The position numbers and the translations under genes were made by a program. Shown piece after piece: positions 1-12,310 of a stretch of 64,000 nt of DNA; the first letter of the stretch is position 1; every line of letters begins with the position of its first letter. The notes beneath the pieces were generated by a model. It had not been told where the DNA came from, made no database searches, and worked only from the letters and a program-made list of their open reading frames with translations. This stretch comes from Camelus dromedarius (Eukaryota): NCBI RefSeq assembly GCF_036321535.1, contig NC_087436.1, positions 84,446,001 through 84,510,000 on the forward strand, in the 5' to 3' direction.

Positions 1-43
1 TCCGGAATCTGCTACGCCTGCTGCTCTTGGTTATGCAGCAAAG
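1..43 (+). CDS. PPAT: PPAT coding exon (partial, runs off window start)
   Basis: Frame from base 2 reads [14 protein letters not shown], followed by donor AAG|gtattt at 43/44. Confidence 0.9.
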
Positions 44-3000
44 GTATTTTCTCTTAATTAACACACAGTGAATTGTTCATCTAGCACTGAAATTAGAAAT
101 CCATGTATATAAAGAGAAACTCATCAATTTATTGCAAAGAAAGAAAAAATGTTGGTTTCTTTATAAGAGTTAGTTTCCAGCCTCTTCATTCAGCGGCACT
201 ATGTTTTTTAGCAGAGTCCACAAAAAGTTCAGCCAAAGACATAGGAAAATGATCCTCTTCATTTTAAAAAGATAACATCATGAATATATGTAGAATTTAA
301 AGGTATATTTACTTACTAGGAAGTATCCTCACAAGCCACTGGTATATTTGTTCCCAATTAAGTATGGGTGATGATGAGCTGTTTGCATTAATTCTCTTTA
401 ATGTTCTTAGTACTATGCTTTATTTCACTGTTTGTAACCAGGTAGATTATATAATTATAGTGATCCTAGGTGTAATCCCAGCGTTCATTATATTTGAATG
501 TTTAGTGTATGAATTTTTAAAAGAAATAATATGCAACATTTTAGGGGAGGTACCTTAGTAAGAGGATAAAGCACTTCCTGTCCCCCAGAGAGCATCTCCT
601 TAGCCTACTGGTTTTAATTCATTTCTTGCTGATAATTTTATTTGGATTTTTCTGACAGTGATTTATTCTTTGTCATGTGTTCACATTCTTAATATTCTCT
701 TCCAAGATAGAGAAATAATATTTATTTAAGAGAGCAGCATTACAAATTCTAGCAAAATGAGTGGGTTTTCCCACTAAGTTGAGGACTTTCAGTGATTTTT
801 CTTTTTGCCTTTTTCCCCTTTGAATAGTGAAGGAAAATTGTAATCTGATGATGGAGAGTTCAGAATAACAACCACATTTAAAAATTTTACATACATGCTA
901 CAAGGGGAGCATGACCTGGAGAAAATAGGAGCTTAGAGTTCTCTGTACATTTGCTGCTCATTGTCCTTTTCTTCCTTCTCTGTCAGTGTGGGCTTCCATA
1001 TGTGGAGGTGCTATGTAAAAACCGGTATGTAGGAAGAACCTTCATTCAGCCAAACATGAGGTTAAGACAGCTTGGTGTTGCGAAAAAATTTGGAGTTTTG
1101 TCGGACAACTTCAAAGGCAAAAGAATTGTTCTTGTAGATGATTCAATTGTGAGAGGCAATACCATCTCACCCATAATCAAATTGCTCAAAGAATCTGGTG
1201 CAAAAGAGGTAAGTAATATTAGAACATACCCTAAAGCACCAATAATTAACAATATGATAAAAACTGTTTTCATGTTGTGTAAATTTTATGTTAACGGTTT
1301 TATAAAATTAGTTTTAAAACTAACAAAAATCACAAAATAAAATACTTCTTAAATTTGTATTGATTACTTTTTCTTTTTGAAGATGTATAGTCAATCCTAG
1401 TGTCATAGATTTGACACATTAGGTTATGTTTTCAAATCTCAAAGTTTTTTTCTAACTGAATATTTCAGTAATTCAAATTACAGAAGTGAGATGTCATTTA
1501 CAGGTAATAGTTGAACATATTTAGAAATAAAATCTATTGTGGAGAAAAACGGTATAGAAAGCAGTATGATAGTCTATTTGGAAAGCTTCTAAGGTAATTA
1601 TGATTATGATTTTCCAGCCCTTTTTTATGACTTATTGTGATTATGGGAATTTCTGTGGCATTCTATGAAAACCAAGTAATAAAAATGAAATGTAAAGTCA
1701 ATTCAGCATCCATTACAATAGTAAAAAAGAGTAGACATAAATAAGTAAACGAACAAACTGGAAATGGCTACCTACTAGCATGTATCTACCAGAGGGAAAT
1801 AGTTTAGGAAATTGATACATCAGTATGATGAAATATCATGCAGCCACTAAAAACTATAATTATGAAGACTGCATAACGTGGGGAAATCGTTGCTGTTATA
1901 ACAAAGGTAGAAGGTAAATGTGGACACCAGTTACAGCCATGTAAACGTACCTGACAAAAGGCAGAAAATAATGATAGACAAAATAGTAGAGAAAAATAGC
2001 TTTTTGGGTGGGGAGGGTACAGCTCAAGTGGCAGAGCACATGCTTAGCATGCGTAAGGTCCTGGGTTCCATCCCCAGTACTTCCTCTAAACATAAATAAA
2101 TAAACCTACTTATCTCCCCCCTCCCCCAGATAGCTCTTTGTAGTGGTCAGGTTTTTATTATATCCTGGAAGATTGTATTTTTTCTTTTTAAAATGGTAAA
2201 ATAAGAGGTAGGCAAAAGTGCCATTCAAGTGTTACAACAAAAAATGAAGGTGATCCTAGGAATATAAAGTCATGCAGTGAGAAATGGGAGATCAGAAGAA
2301 AGAACTGTCCATGTTAATAGGTGATGCAAGGAAACAACAGGCAGCTCTGTAAAAACCCTTTACAAGTGGCTGACGTTTTGAAATTCTTATTTAGCACACT
2401 TTGGAGTCTAGAGCAGAGTTGCTCAAGTAGGATTCTTGTAAATGAATTAATTATAAAAGTAGTTCTAACTGAACACCAGAGTTCTGTACGTATATTACAT
2501 GATTTTCTAGGATTCATTTTCACCTATTACTGTGGAAGAAATTTTGTAGTGTGCTTTATTGATTACTCATATGTTGTTAAAATATTCCGTTAAACAATTT
2601 TTTATGTTGCATTTGCCAATGACAGAATTTTGCATAGTTGTTCTTACAGTGAATGTCAAACTAACGAAATGTCCGAAATGATTTCTTTCCAAGGTACACA
2701 TTCGCGTAGCTTCACCCCCAATTAAATATCCATGCTTCATGGGAATAAACATACCAACAAAAGAAGAGCTTATTGCTAATAAACCAGAATTTGAGCATAT
2801 TTCAGATTATCTAGGTAGGTATTAAAATTTCTATAAATTATCTTTTATTCATCTAATAACAGAAAATCCAAAGCTTAGATATTTTAATAAAAAATAGTGT
2901 TCAATATTTGTTGAAAGTAGATGGTGTATATGTTAAGCAGATATTGGACACTGTTCTGAAAAGTGAGAATACCTCATGTGGATGGACCATAGTCAGTGCC

Positions 3001-4162
3001 TTGGTGGAGAGCAAGGCCAAGGTGGGACCAGAGGATAAGGAAGAAAGGCTTTCCCAGTAGAAAGAACTACATATCAGTTAAAGCCTCCCAGAGGTCAGAC
3101 CACAAGAAAAACAAAAGCAATTTCACTGTAGAGTCTAATAGAATAATTTTGATGTCAGTACAGATCAAAAAGTGAAAAGCTTATGTAGGCTTGTCTTTAA
3201 TAATGAGGTCAGAAGACTTGGAGATGGAGGTCATTCTTGATAAGACATTTGCCTTTCAAAGTCAGGTGAGGTATAAACTCTAAATGTCACATACATGTTC
3301 AGCCAGGTATGGTACCTCCAACACTGTTTGTATATGGCTGGTGTTTCTCTTGACTGGTCATGCCTAGAGGTTACCAGTTAAACATTTCGAATATGACCCA
3401 ACTGACATATTATGAGCAACTGCTCTTTGCCAGGAACATGTCTTTTTTATTGTAATACAGCACAAAAATGTCACAATTAGGTAATGTGTCCCTTATCTGA
3501 TAGATGAAAAAATAGATTTAGGAAATAAGTAAGTGACCTTGAGCTTAAAGTTGAACCCAGATTTTCCTGACTTCAAAATCTGTTAATCAAGAAAATTACT
3601 CCTGAAGCCTTCCAGATCTATTCTACTTGAATCCTCCACTGCTATTTTAAATTATGTTATACCTTAAATTCCAATTTAAAATTAAAAAAATAATAATAAA
3701 AGCCTGAGTTGCACTGATCCCCTAGTTGATGCCACCACCACCACCACCACCCCCCTTTTTTAAGAGAGGCTAAAGGAGAAATTTTTATTCTGGCTTATGT
3801 TTTTCTGTTTTTAACTATTCTCTGTTAAGGCAGGTCTTCCTTTCCAGATGAAATCTCATGGCTTTTTTTTTTTTTTTTTTTCTCTTTGCCCTGTAGGAGC
3901 AAACAGTGTTGTGTATCTGTCAGTTGAAGGACTGGTTTCATCTGTGCAAGAAGGGATAATATTTAAAAAACAGAAAGTGAAAAAGCAAGATATTATGGTT
4001 CAAGAAAATGGAAATGGTCTGGAATGTTTTGAAAAGAACGGTCATTGTACAAAGCAAGATATTATGGTTCAAGAAAATGGGAATGGTCTAGAAAGTTTTG
4101 AAAAGAATGATCATTGTACAGCTTGTCTGACTGGAAAATACCCTGTGGAATTGGAATGGTAG
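1..4162 (+). CDS. PPAT: Amidophosphoribosyltransferase (glutamine PRPP amidotransferase), 5'-partial spliced CDS: join(<1..43,987..1208,2694..2814,3897..4162)
   Basis: The spliced translation [37 protein letters not shown]...[13 protein letters not shown] (PRPP-binding motif)...[25 protein letters not shown]...[11 protein letters not shown]...[16 protein letters not shown] matches mammalian PPAT as recalled. All introns are GT-AG and phases are consistent. Confidence 0.97.
987..1208 (+). CDS. PPAT: PPAT coding exon (PRPP-binding motif)
   Basis: Polypyrimidine tract plus cag acceptor at 984-986; 222 nt encoding CGLPYVEV...[10 protein letters not shown]...GAKE; donor gtaagt. Confidence 0.96.
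2007..2129 (+). mobile_element. tRNA-derived SINE, camelid Vic-1 type
   Basis: Body GGGGAGGGTACAGCTCAAGTGGCAGAGC...GGTCCTGGGTTCCATCCCCAGTAC with A/B-box-like motifs and a (TAAA)n tail. Near-perfect TSD atagctttttg (1996-2006) / atagctctttg (2130-2140). Confidence 0.88.
2694..2814 (+). CDS. PPAT: PPAT penultimate coding exon
   Basis: Acceptor tttccaag|GTACAC; 121 nt encoding [40 protein letters not shown]; donor G|gtaggt. Confidence 0.95.
3897..4162 (+). CDS. PPAT: PPAT last coding exon (contains 69-bp tandem duplication)
   Basis: Poly-T tract plus ctgtag acceptor; ends [16 protein letters not shown] with TAG at 4160-4162. Confidence 0.96.
3983..4120 (+). repeat. In-frame coding tandem duplication, 2 x 69 bp
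   Basis: Copies at 3983-4051 and 4052-4120 differ at 5 positions; they encode [23 protein letters not shown] and [23 protein letters not shown]. Confidence 0.97.
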
Positions 4163-6490
4163 CTGCTAGGGGTAGATGTGATGTTTCAAGATAGAAAGTT
4201 CGTGGAGAAGTTGTAGTGGTTACACTTTATCCATTTACTGTTACTCAGTTGGTACAATGTAAAATGCCACATGCTTGTGTTATACCTTTTGAAATTTTTT
4301 TCTGAAAAGGGTACCAAAGTGCTATACTTTCTTTTATAACCCTAGATAAATATTTTGGTGTTATCTAGGAACTTGGACGACCCTTTCAGTTTTATTTAGT
4401 AGTTTAGTACTTTTAGGCTACCAACTATGAGACCATATACATTTAATTTCAGATCATCAACAGTAATGCAAAGAATTGGTAAATTTCTGTTTCAGAGAGG
4501 ATTGCCAAGTACTGTACATCTCCACAGATTCTTAGAGAATTTTGTGGAGGGTTTCTTGAGAATTATTGAAAATCAGTTATGGAATATTTTTAAAATTAAC
4601 CTTGTTAATCACATATAATACAATGTTATATGGTATTCGTTTTTTAACTCAAGCATTGGCTAGCCTTTTGCACCTGGTCGGAGAAGGCAGGTGGTTAAGT
4701 GGCATTTGCCAGGTCCATATTTTTAACAGTTTGCAGGAGGTTAGACTAAGGTGGTGTAGTACAAACAGGACATGTGAGTCAAGTATAACATTTCACGCAA
4801 ACCTTGAATCTGTTATACCCCAAAGTTATTTAGTGTCTAGGGTTCTGATTATAGTTAGGACCTTGGCTTCTCTTAAAGAAAAACAAAAACAAATACAACT
4901 TTTGGTGCTTCACTTTCCCAATCTGTGCAATGGGGTGCTTACATTATTAAATAACTAACAGCAGTTATTTTTAGTGGCTAGAGCCATCATTCCTCCTTCA
5001 GTTTTAAGACAGTGCATGATTATTATTAGCTTTTGAAATGTTGACTGTTGGTCTGCAATTCAGATTTCAAAAGGAAGACACACAGCTTAGCAGTGATTTG
5101 CCACCTGTCTTTGAGATGCCCTAACAATGACGGCAAAGACGTGTCTTTTAAAAAATTTTCCTACATTTGACTAGAAAGTATGATCCATACTGCTTATACC
5201 TTATAGTATAAGCCCAGCAAGTAACCTCGTACGTTTGAAGTAAAAACTAAATATTTAGATTCTAACAAATCTTCTATCCTTAATTCGGTTATATGCTTTT
5301 TTAATGAAGTGCTTGATCACTTGCAAACATATGTGTATATACACATAAAGATCATTGCAATGAGATGAGCAAGTAGAAACGTTGTAGGGGCCAAATTTGT
5401 TCAAGGATCAAGGAGACAGCGACTTTTTTCGGTTAGCATGCTCGTCTAATTCTGAGCATCAACATCACTTTTTCCAATTTGTTTTATTGGGAATCTAATG
5501 AAGTAGATTTTTTTTTAAGTATTTTTTGGTTAACATCTGAGATTTAAAACTTTAAGGTGACTTGCCCCCAACCCTTGTTTTATGTAAGATTTTAAAACAT
5601 GAAAGTGTTTGTTTCTGTGTTATTGTTACCATAATTTGATGTACGTAGTGTCCAAATCCATCTAGAAATGTAGTATTTATTAATAACTGTAATCTTTTCT
5701 CTTCATTTGGTATTCAGCCTCACGTGTTATATTATGGTAGGCCAAGGCAAAATGGTGACAGCTCTTTAAGCCCACCTGCAGCAGGCAGCAGTGGGTCAGA
5801 TATCTCTGTGGTGGTGACACAAGCCAACCAGCATTTGGATAAAGCCCTGGGACCATATGAGTGTATAACCTCTTGTCTTAAATGTATTCCTCATAGCAGC
5901 GTGGAGGAGGCAAGACCTATGGGTCAATGTTGAACCAGCCTTATATTTGATTTTTTCAAAACGAGAGACTCAGGGAACGTACTAAACCAAAATCTCTGAT
6001 TTGATTTCTGTTGTTTTCCATAGTTCTTATCTTGTTTTATTGAGGTGCTTTTATAAAGGAAAATGGTACTGTGACAGTTTGATAATTCTACAGATTTCTT
6101 ACTGTTTCTCCATCATGGCCTTTTATTTCACAAGTTTCTAAAGTGTGGATTACAATTTTATACCAGCTTCATCTCAAATGTTGTTTAACTGCTTTAAATT
6201 TCTATACTTGTTGTAAACAGCAGAGAAAATCATGTTTTCACGGGATCTATATTACTGTGAACTAAACCTACCTTTTTGTGACCTCCTTGTGATGCATTGG
6301 TGACAAATATATGTAATGAGTATGTTTAAATGTGTGTTTACTGTTTTTTAATAGTGACTTTTAGTGAGTGTGTTATATGGTGAGCAGTACAGTGATGGTC
6401 ACATCCAGGATCCATACTCTGCATCAGCGAGGCTGATCTCATTACTCTGATCCAGGTGTTTCAATAAATAGGCCATCTCTTATGAACCAA
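4163..6490 (+). other. PPAT: Probable PPAT 3' UTR (end uncertain)
   Basis: AT-rich sequence with no repeats I recognise after the stop. Candidate poly(A) signals are ACTAAA at 6261-6266 (followed by a U/GU-rich tract), AATAAA at 6463-6468 and AATAAA at 6526-6531. Confidence 0.5.
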
Positions 6491-6689
6491 GCAAAACTGC
6501 AGGTTTTGGACAAATAGGAGGGACAAATAAAGTAACGAGAAGTGCAGTGTTAAGTAAGCACTACAGTAAAGGCACGTTCCATGGGGACACTAGCAAGAAC
6601 AGGGAGGGTGTCACAGAAGAGGAGGCTTAGATTCCCAAACTGTGTGTGTGTGTGTTGGGGAGGAGTACTATTTAAAATCAAAATAAAGT

Positions 6690-7250
6690 AGGTAGATGAA
6701 TAAACTGGTACATCCAGCCAATGGAATATTATTCAATCCTAAAAGGAGATGAGCTGTCAAGCTATGAAAAGACATGGAGGGGACTTAAGTGGCTATGACC
6801 AAGTGAGCAAACAAAGCCTGTCTGAAAAGAGTACATACTGTATGGTTCCAACTATATACCTTCTGGAAAAGGTAAAACTATGGAGACAGTAAAAAAGTCA
6901 GTGGTTGCTAGGAGTTGGTGAGGAGAGAGGGCTGAGCAGGTGAAGCGCAGGGGATTTTAGGGCAGTGAAACTACTGTTACCATGATGGCAGATACATGTC
7001 ATATATTTGTCCAAACTTATAGAATGTACAACACCAAGAATGAACCCTAATGTAAACTATAAATTTGGGGTGATAATGATGTGTCGGTGTGGTTCATCAA
7101 TCATAACAAATGGGCCACTGAGGGGTGGGGGAGATATTGATAAAACAGAGGAGGTTATTATATCGGGGGTAGGGGGCAAATGGGAACTCTGTACCTTCTG
7201 CTCAATTTGCTATGTACCTAAAACTGCTTTTTAAAAGTCTGTTTAAAAAT
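6690..7250 (+). mobile_element. Old L1 3' end fragment (L1MB/L1MC-like)
   Basis: Typical L1 3'UTR motifs: ataaactggtacatcc..aatggaatattattca, tatggttccaactatat, tagaatgtacaacaccaagaatgaaccctaatgtaaactat. Confidence 0.75.
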
Positions 7251-7918
7251 AGATACCAGGGTCCTACCTCAAAAAAAAAAAAAAAATCAAACTACATGCA
7301 TTTTTAACTAGATGTTAAAAATGAAGAAAACAAAGAGGTCATTGCCCCCTCCAGCCCTCTGTAGTGCACCCACATTTAAATATTTCTTAATCTCTATGTT
7401 TTAAATATTACTTCTTACTGTACCTATTTTAGACATTACCTCTATTCTTTCCTGGGATCTAGCAAAGTCTGCTTTCACAGGTAGACTTAATCCACTTAAT
7501 CATATCTTGTCCTAGAGCATCCTTTGAGTTCCCAATGCCTTCTTTAGGTTTCAAGTACAGTGTAGTCAACACCTCTAAGGAAAATTGCCCTCATGTTTCA
7601 TAAAGAGGTCAGAGTGAAAATGCAGGACTCAGAAAAAAACTGCACACTCCTTAGACATTTTAGAGTAAGCAGCAGTATGCAATATAAATTTATGCTTTTG
7701 TGTGCAGAAATTGTCTTCTCATGTAGCTGAGAAGTTGTTGGATGGCAGGAACCAATGCTTTTAACCTTTCTGGAATTTCTCACTGCTGCACTATGGCAAA
7801 TAGAAAATGATTACACAAAGGAGACCCAAGTGGGTCCTTGCACTCTTTCTCAATCATTGAATTTGCTTCCTCAATCGTTGAAAAGTGCTTGTTTGGCTTC
7901 AGTGATGGTTCTGTTAGA

Positions 7919-8325
7919 TGTGACGGTTAATTTTATGTTTCAGTTTGTCTAATTGTGCAAAGTTGTGTGTTCAAACACCAGTCTAGATGTTGCTGTGAAG
8001 GTAGTTTTTAAATGTGATGAACCTTTAAATAGACTGTGAGTAAAGTGGATTACCTTCCATAATGTGGGTGGGCCCCATCCAGTCAGCTGAAGGCCTTAAG
8101 AACAAAGACTGAGGTTTCCTGAAGAAGATAGAATTCTCAACACTGCACCCACCTAGAAACCCTCCCCGAGTTTCCAACCTGTTTCAAGACTGCAACCTCA
8201 ACTCTTAATTGAATTTCTAGATTATTGGCCTGCCCTAGGTTTCAGACTGCCAGCCCTCACAATCGTGTGAGCCAGTTTCTTAAGCTCTATTTATCCTATT
8301 GGTTCTGTTTCTCTAGAGAACTCTC
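7919..8325 (+). mobile_element. ERVL MLT2-like solo LTR
   Basis: Starts tgtgacggttaattttatg; contains ccatccagtcagctgaaggccttaagaacaaagactgaggtttcctgaagaag; ends cctattggttctgtttctctagagaac. Confidence 0.75.
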
Positions 8326-8844
8326 TTGCAAACAGCCTGACTTCCCTCACCTCTCCATTCTTCCACAGTCACCTGACAAAGATGCCAAGCCTGAATGAAC
8401 CCAACCACCCATCTTCCCTCTGCCTTCACCTGGGCAGCTAAGCTCCCTTAGATTAAATCACACACCATTGTCCCAAATGTGATAATGGGCTCTGACACTA
8501 CGAGAGCACATTACAGGGACCTAACCATGTCTTGGGGTAGGGTCAGGGATTTTCAAAATTATTTTTGAAATCATTTTTATTTTTGAAAGAAACAGTGACA
8601 CAGCTGAGAGCTGAGTTAGGAAGTAGGTGAGGAGAAGCAGTGAAATGAGAATGGACCAATAAATGTGCAAAAAGAATCAGCAAGGTACTGGGGTAGACAC
8701 TTGATACTTCCCGGGAATTGGAACAATGTAGTATAGTAGATGGAGAAGAGTAAAACGATAGTTCAGGAAACAGGTGCAGAACGCATGAATCTCTGCTGTC
8801 AGGAAGGAATTAAATGAAGTCAGACTTGGAAATAATGCAGCTGT

Positions 8845-9322
8845 TACAGGTTCTGTGAGAAGTGTAAGTCACCGTTTAGGAAAGGTCTAGGCCTGTACCC
8901 TACTTAAAAGCTAACAAGCTACCCTGTTGCTGTTTCATGTCAGGGGATGTGAGATTCCTGAGTCAAAGACAGAGAACTTTATTACTCATGGCAAAAGCAG
9001 TAGCCAGAGCCTCAAGTCTGTCAATTCCCCATGCCTCCCAAGTCTCCCTCGGGTGACTGAGGTGGATGTAGATGGGCGTCTGCACACTAAATGGATTGCA
9101 TTATAGAAAAGGAATACTAAGTTTGGGGGGACTCATTACTTTTACAGTAAGTGGGAACCAGCTTGCTACTTGGGGAAGCCATTACCTCAGCTCTGAAGAC
9201 TATCCCAAACAACCCTGAAAAATGACCTGGATAAAAAGCAGTCAGTACCTTGCATTCTTTGCATACCCAGCAAGAATTTGCAGGGACACTCAAGGTCCAT
9301 GGCTAATTGCTCCTCCCAACAA
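8845..9322. mobile_element. Probable old LTR element (family uncertain)
   Basis: LTR-like composition, including a reverse-strand poly(A)-signal context (gagaactttattactcatggc) and a ...cctcccaaca end. Recognised by recall only. Confidence 0.4.
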
Positions 9323-10679
9323 TATGCTAGGTTCATGGGATGGGGGTTGGAGGAGGATGAGTAAATTCACATGCAAGGCTTGAAGAAGGCATTGAGGAGG
9401 TGATGTTTAAGCTGTGTCTTCATAAGAGGAGTAAGTGTTCATCAAGTAGGCGTTGGGGAGAAAGGGTTTTTCAGCTTGTGACCCAGCCAAAGCACAGGTG
9501 TGGAAACTTGATAAGGGTTTGGTAGGCTCAGAAGACTTACTAGGGTCTTATTTTAGCTGGATCTTACAGCACCAGGTGTGGGGAATGTGGAGCATGGAGT
9601 GGGGAAGCAGTGGCCAACTGTGAGAGATTAGGCTAGAAGGATAATGAGCTATCTTTTTTACCTTGCTAAAGAGTCTGAATGTCATAGTGCAAGCAGTGAG
9701 GGACCACTGAAGCTTCTTAAAGCAGGAGACTGCTATGACCGATCTGGTGTATCTTGTAGAATGATCACTCCAGACTACCAGGTGAAAATAGAACATAGTC
9801 TTCTACATTTGCTTCCTCTTAAGACCCCTTGAAAATGACAGTAAAGAGATTTTTAGAGTCATAAACTCCCAAGAGTAGAGGGAAAGAGAAAAAAAAATCT
9901 GAAATCAAAAGCAAAGGGCTCAGCTGATTTGGAAAAGCTAAAGTCTAAACCAGCAGTGAGAAAAGCCAATAAGCAATTCTACTTATATCATAGAATGTCC
10001 TAAATACTCAGAAACTGGCTTCTGGAAAATAGGGGTAAAGAGGTAACTAAAAGGATTGGAAGTTCATTTAGTAATGAGCTATACACTTACCCTTACTTAT
10101 GCACCCATTATCCCCAAAGCCTAATTCTGAAGGCCATTTTGTCTGGGAGAGAGTGAAACAGGATCTTTGTATTGGAGGACATCAAGCACCTGGAATAGAA
10201 TTAAGTGAAAAAAATTTATACTGAATTCTGAGGCCCTTCCCTCTTCCCTTTGCAGCCCTTTTCTCTCACTTGATTTTCAAAAAACTTGTCCCGCAGGCTC
10301 AGAGCATCCAATCAGCTTTTAAATGCCCCGTTTTAAAATATGAGCAGATAATCAAGGATTACCAGACATCCGTGAAAGCCTCTTCTATGAAACACAGATT
10401 CCAAAACTAAAAGAAGAAATAGAGGCTGGGGGTGGGGGGGAATCCTCAAAAATGCTATTATTAATAGCAGAATTGAACGATGATATTTAAATAATGAGAC
10501 AGACATCATCCTGACAGCAATTCAGAGTCTACTGGAGCCAAGCAAGACTGGAAAGGTTTTAGGCAAAAGCTGACCAAGATTTTTCATGCATCATTGTTAA
10601 CACGAGGCTACCTTCTCAGTCCTTCCCTAGCCAAAACAAAAACCAAAACCCTGATCGTTTTTAACTGAGCAAGGGGTCA

Positions 10680-10856
10680 TGTGCCTCCGACACAGAAAGC
10701 CAAAGTCTTTGACAGCGGGTGCTTGCAGCAAAGTAAGTATTTATTTGCAGGGCACCAAGCAAGGGATTGGGAGACAGATCTCAAATCCACCCCATCTTGG
10801 TGTTTGACTTACGGTGTTTTAAAGGGGAAGAACAAAAAAACTGGGATTAAACACCA

Positions 10857-10887
<31 letters not shown>

Positions 10888-11220
10888 GACATTTCTTAAT
10901 CAAGGTTTTAGGAGTCAGGATGTCTCTGGTTTACGATTCTCTGGAAGGTGATCCAAGTCAGTGAGCTCATCTTGCCCTGGAGAAACAAACTGAGTTTGTA
11001 TGTCAATGTATACCTACCACAGCAATTTTAGTACATTAACAATGTTATCAACAGCAGCAATCTTAGTCATCTGACTCTGGTTCATCAGAGTTCAGTTAGC
11101 AAAGGATTGAGGTCAGAGGGGACAAAACAGGGGATAAAGTTATGGAGGGAGAGATTAAACAGAAACTCATTAGGGGAACTCGGTTTTAGGGGGACTCAAG
11201 TTTCAATTTCCTCCCGCACA
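10680..11220 (-). mobile_element. Probable ERV1-type LTR upstream of the AASDH promoter
   Basis: gtatttatttgcagggcaccaagcaagg...gagacagatctcaaatccacc resembles an ERV1 LTR read in antisense. Confidence 0.45.
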
Positions 11221-11589
11221 GTAGCTTTACAAGTAACACTACTATTGCTTTTGACAGTTAAAATAATTAATTTACATGCCTTCAAACACAACTCTCTTAA
11301 AAACAGATTTTTAAACTCAAGTGAATAGCTTAAGTAACTCTCTCCCCCTCAGACCTGTTCTATTTTCTTCACAGTTCCTACCAAAAAGATGACATTTTCT
11401 TAGTTATTTAAATTCATCTCTTCCAATTAAAACGTCAGCCTATTTATAACACGGACTTCGTTTGCAAGCTTCATTGTTACAGTCACAGTCCGTGCAGTGT
11501 AGGGCAGGAGGCTATAACAAAAAGTCCAGGGGATTAAGCCCAGTCACCCTCTTATTTCAGGATTTCATCAACCATCCGGAATATCTTTA

Positions 11590-12310
11590 CCCCTACGTTG
11601 GGAACGGAGACATCGGCTTGTAATTAAAGCTTCCTGCCCAGAGTTTCTTGGCAAGTAAGAAAGGGCACGGCTCCAAGCGGGTGAGCTTCAAAGCCCTTGC
11701 AAACCCTGTCCAAAACCCAGAGCGACTAGATCCAGTAACTGAAACGAGAGCGGCCCGGAAACACGCCGCCAACTCTTCTCTCCAGTTGGCGCCGCAGCTT
11801 CCGGAAGGGGCGGGGCAGCGCAACGCAGCCTGCCCCGGGTCGCTCTTGCTTACGTCAGTAAAGCGACGGGGAATATTTACAGGTGAGCCCTCGTCGTTGA
11901 TTTCCCGGCTGGCTGCGCGGTTGGACTTCTTTAACTCCTGGGTGTAGTGAATGGCTTATTCTCTGTGTGTGAAGAGCGTCACGGTTGGACTGTCTTTAGA
12001 AGGCCTGGATGGGCTCTGACCTTTTCACTGCACCCTCACTCCTAGGCCTTCTGAGTGGGTTCGGCTGGAGGCGGTGTCTGGTGGGGCATGTGTGAGGGAG
12101 GCGAAGTACGACGACACCTGGGGCTGGCTGCGCACAGGTTTGCTTAGTTGGGGGCCACCGCCTGGCCTCGGATTTAAGTTAATGGTGTCTGGCGGGGTGG
12201 AGTGGTGCAAAGACTAAACTTGACCTGTGTGCTTTCTCCAGAGTCACCTTGCGTTAGACTCTCTGCGCCTTCTTTCAAATGGTTAAATAAGTGTACCCCG
12301 TCTTGCTAGC
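11590..12310 (+). promoter_or_regulatory. AASDH: CpG-island promoter of AASDH with ETS, GC-box and CRE-like motifs
   Basis: Sharp CpG enrichment in an otherwise AT-rich region. Palindromic CTTCCGGAAG (11798-11807) overlaps GGGGCGGGGC (11807-11816); TTACGTCA at 11850-11857; no obvious TATA box. Confidence 0.85.
11800..11882 (+). other. AASDH: AASDH non-coding exon 1 (TSS approximate)
   Basis: Strong donor CAG|gtgagc at 11882/11883 inside the CpG island; next acceptor tatag| at 14425, just upstream of the ATG. Confidence 0.7.

Noticed and set aside
951..1340. 129-aa ORF (and similarly 3848-4162, 29278-30048, 48320-48580) as stand-alone genes
   Set aside because: Each is one exon plus intronic read-through. 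Splice sites and homology delimit the real coding parts.
2007..2090. tRNA gene (also 28060-28135)
   Set aside because: The tRNA-like head is followed by a SINE tail and flanked by TSDs, and I could not build a complete cloverleaf.
3983..4120. PPAT repeat as an assembly artefact
   Set aside because: Five substitutions between the copies, three of them synonymous, are not expected from a stuttered assembly. A read-level check is still advised.
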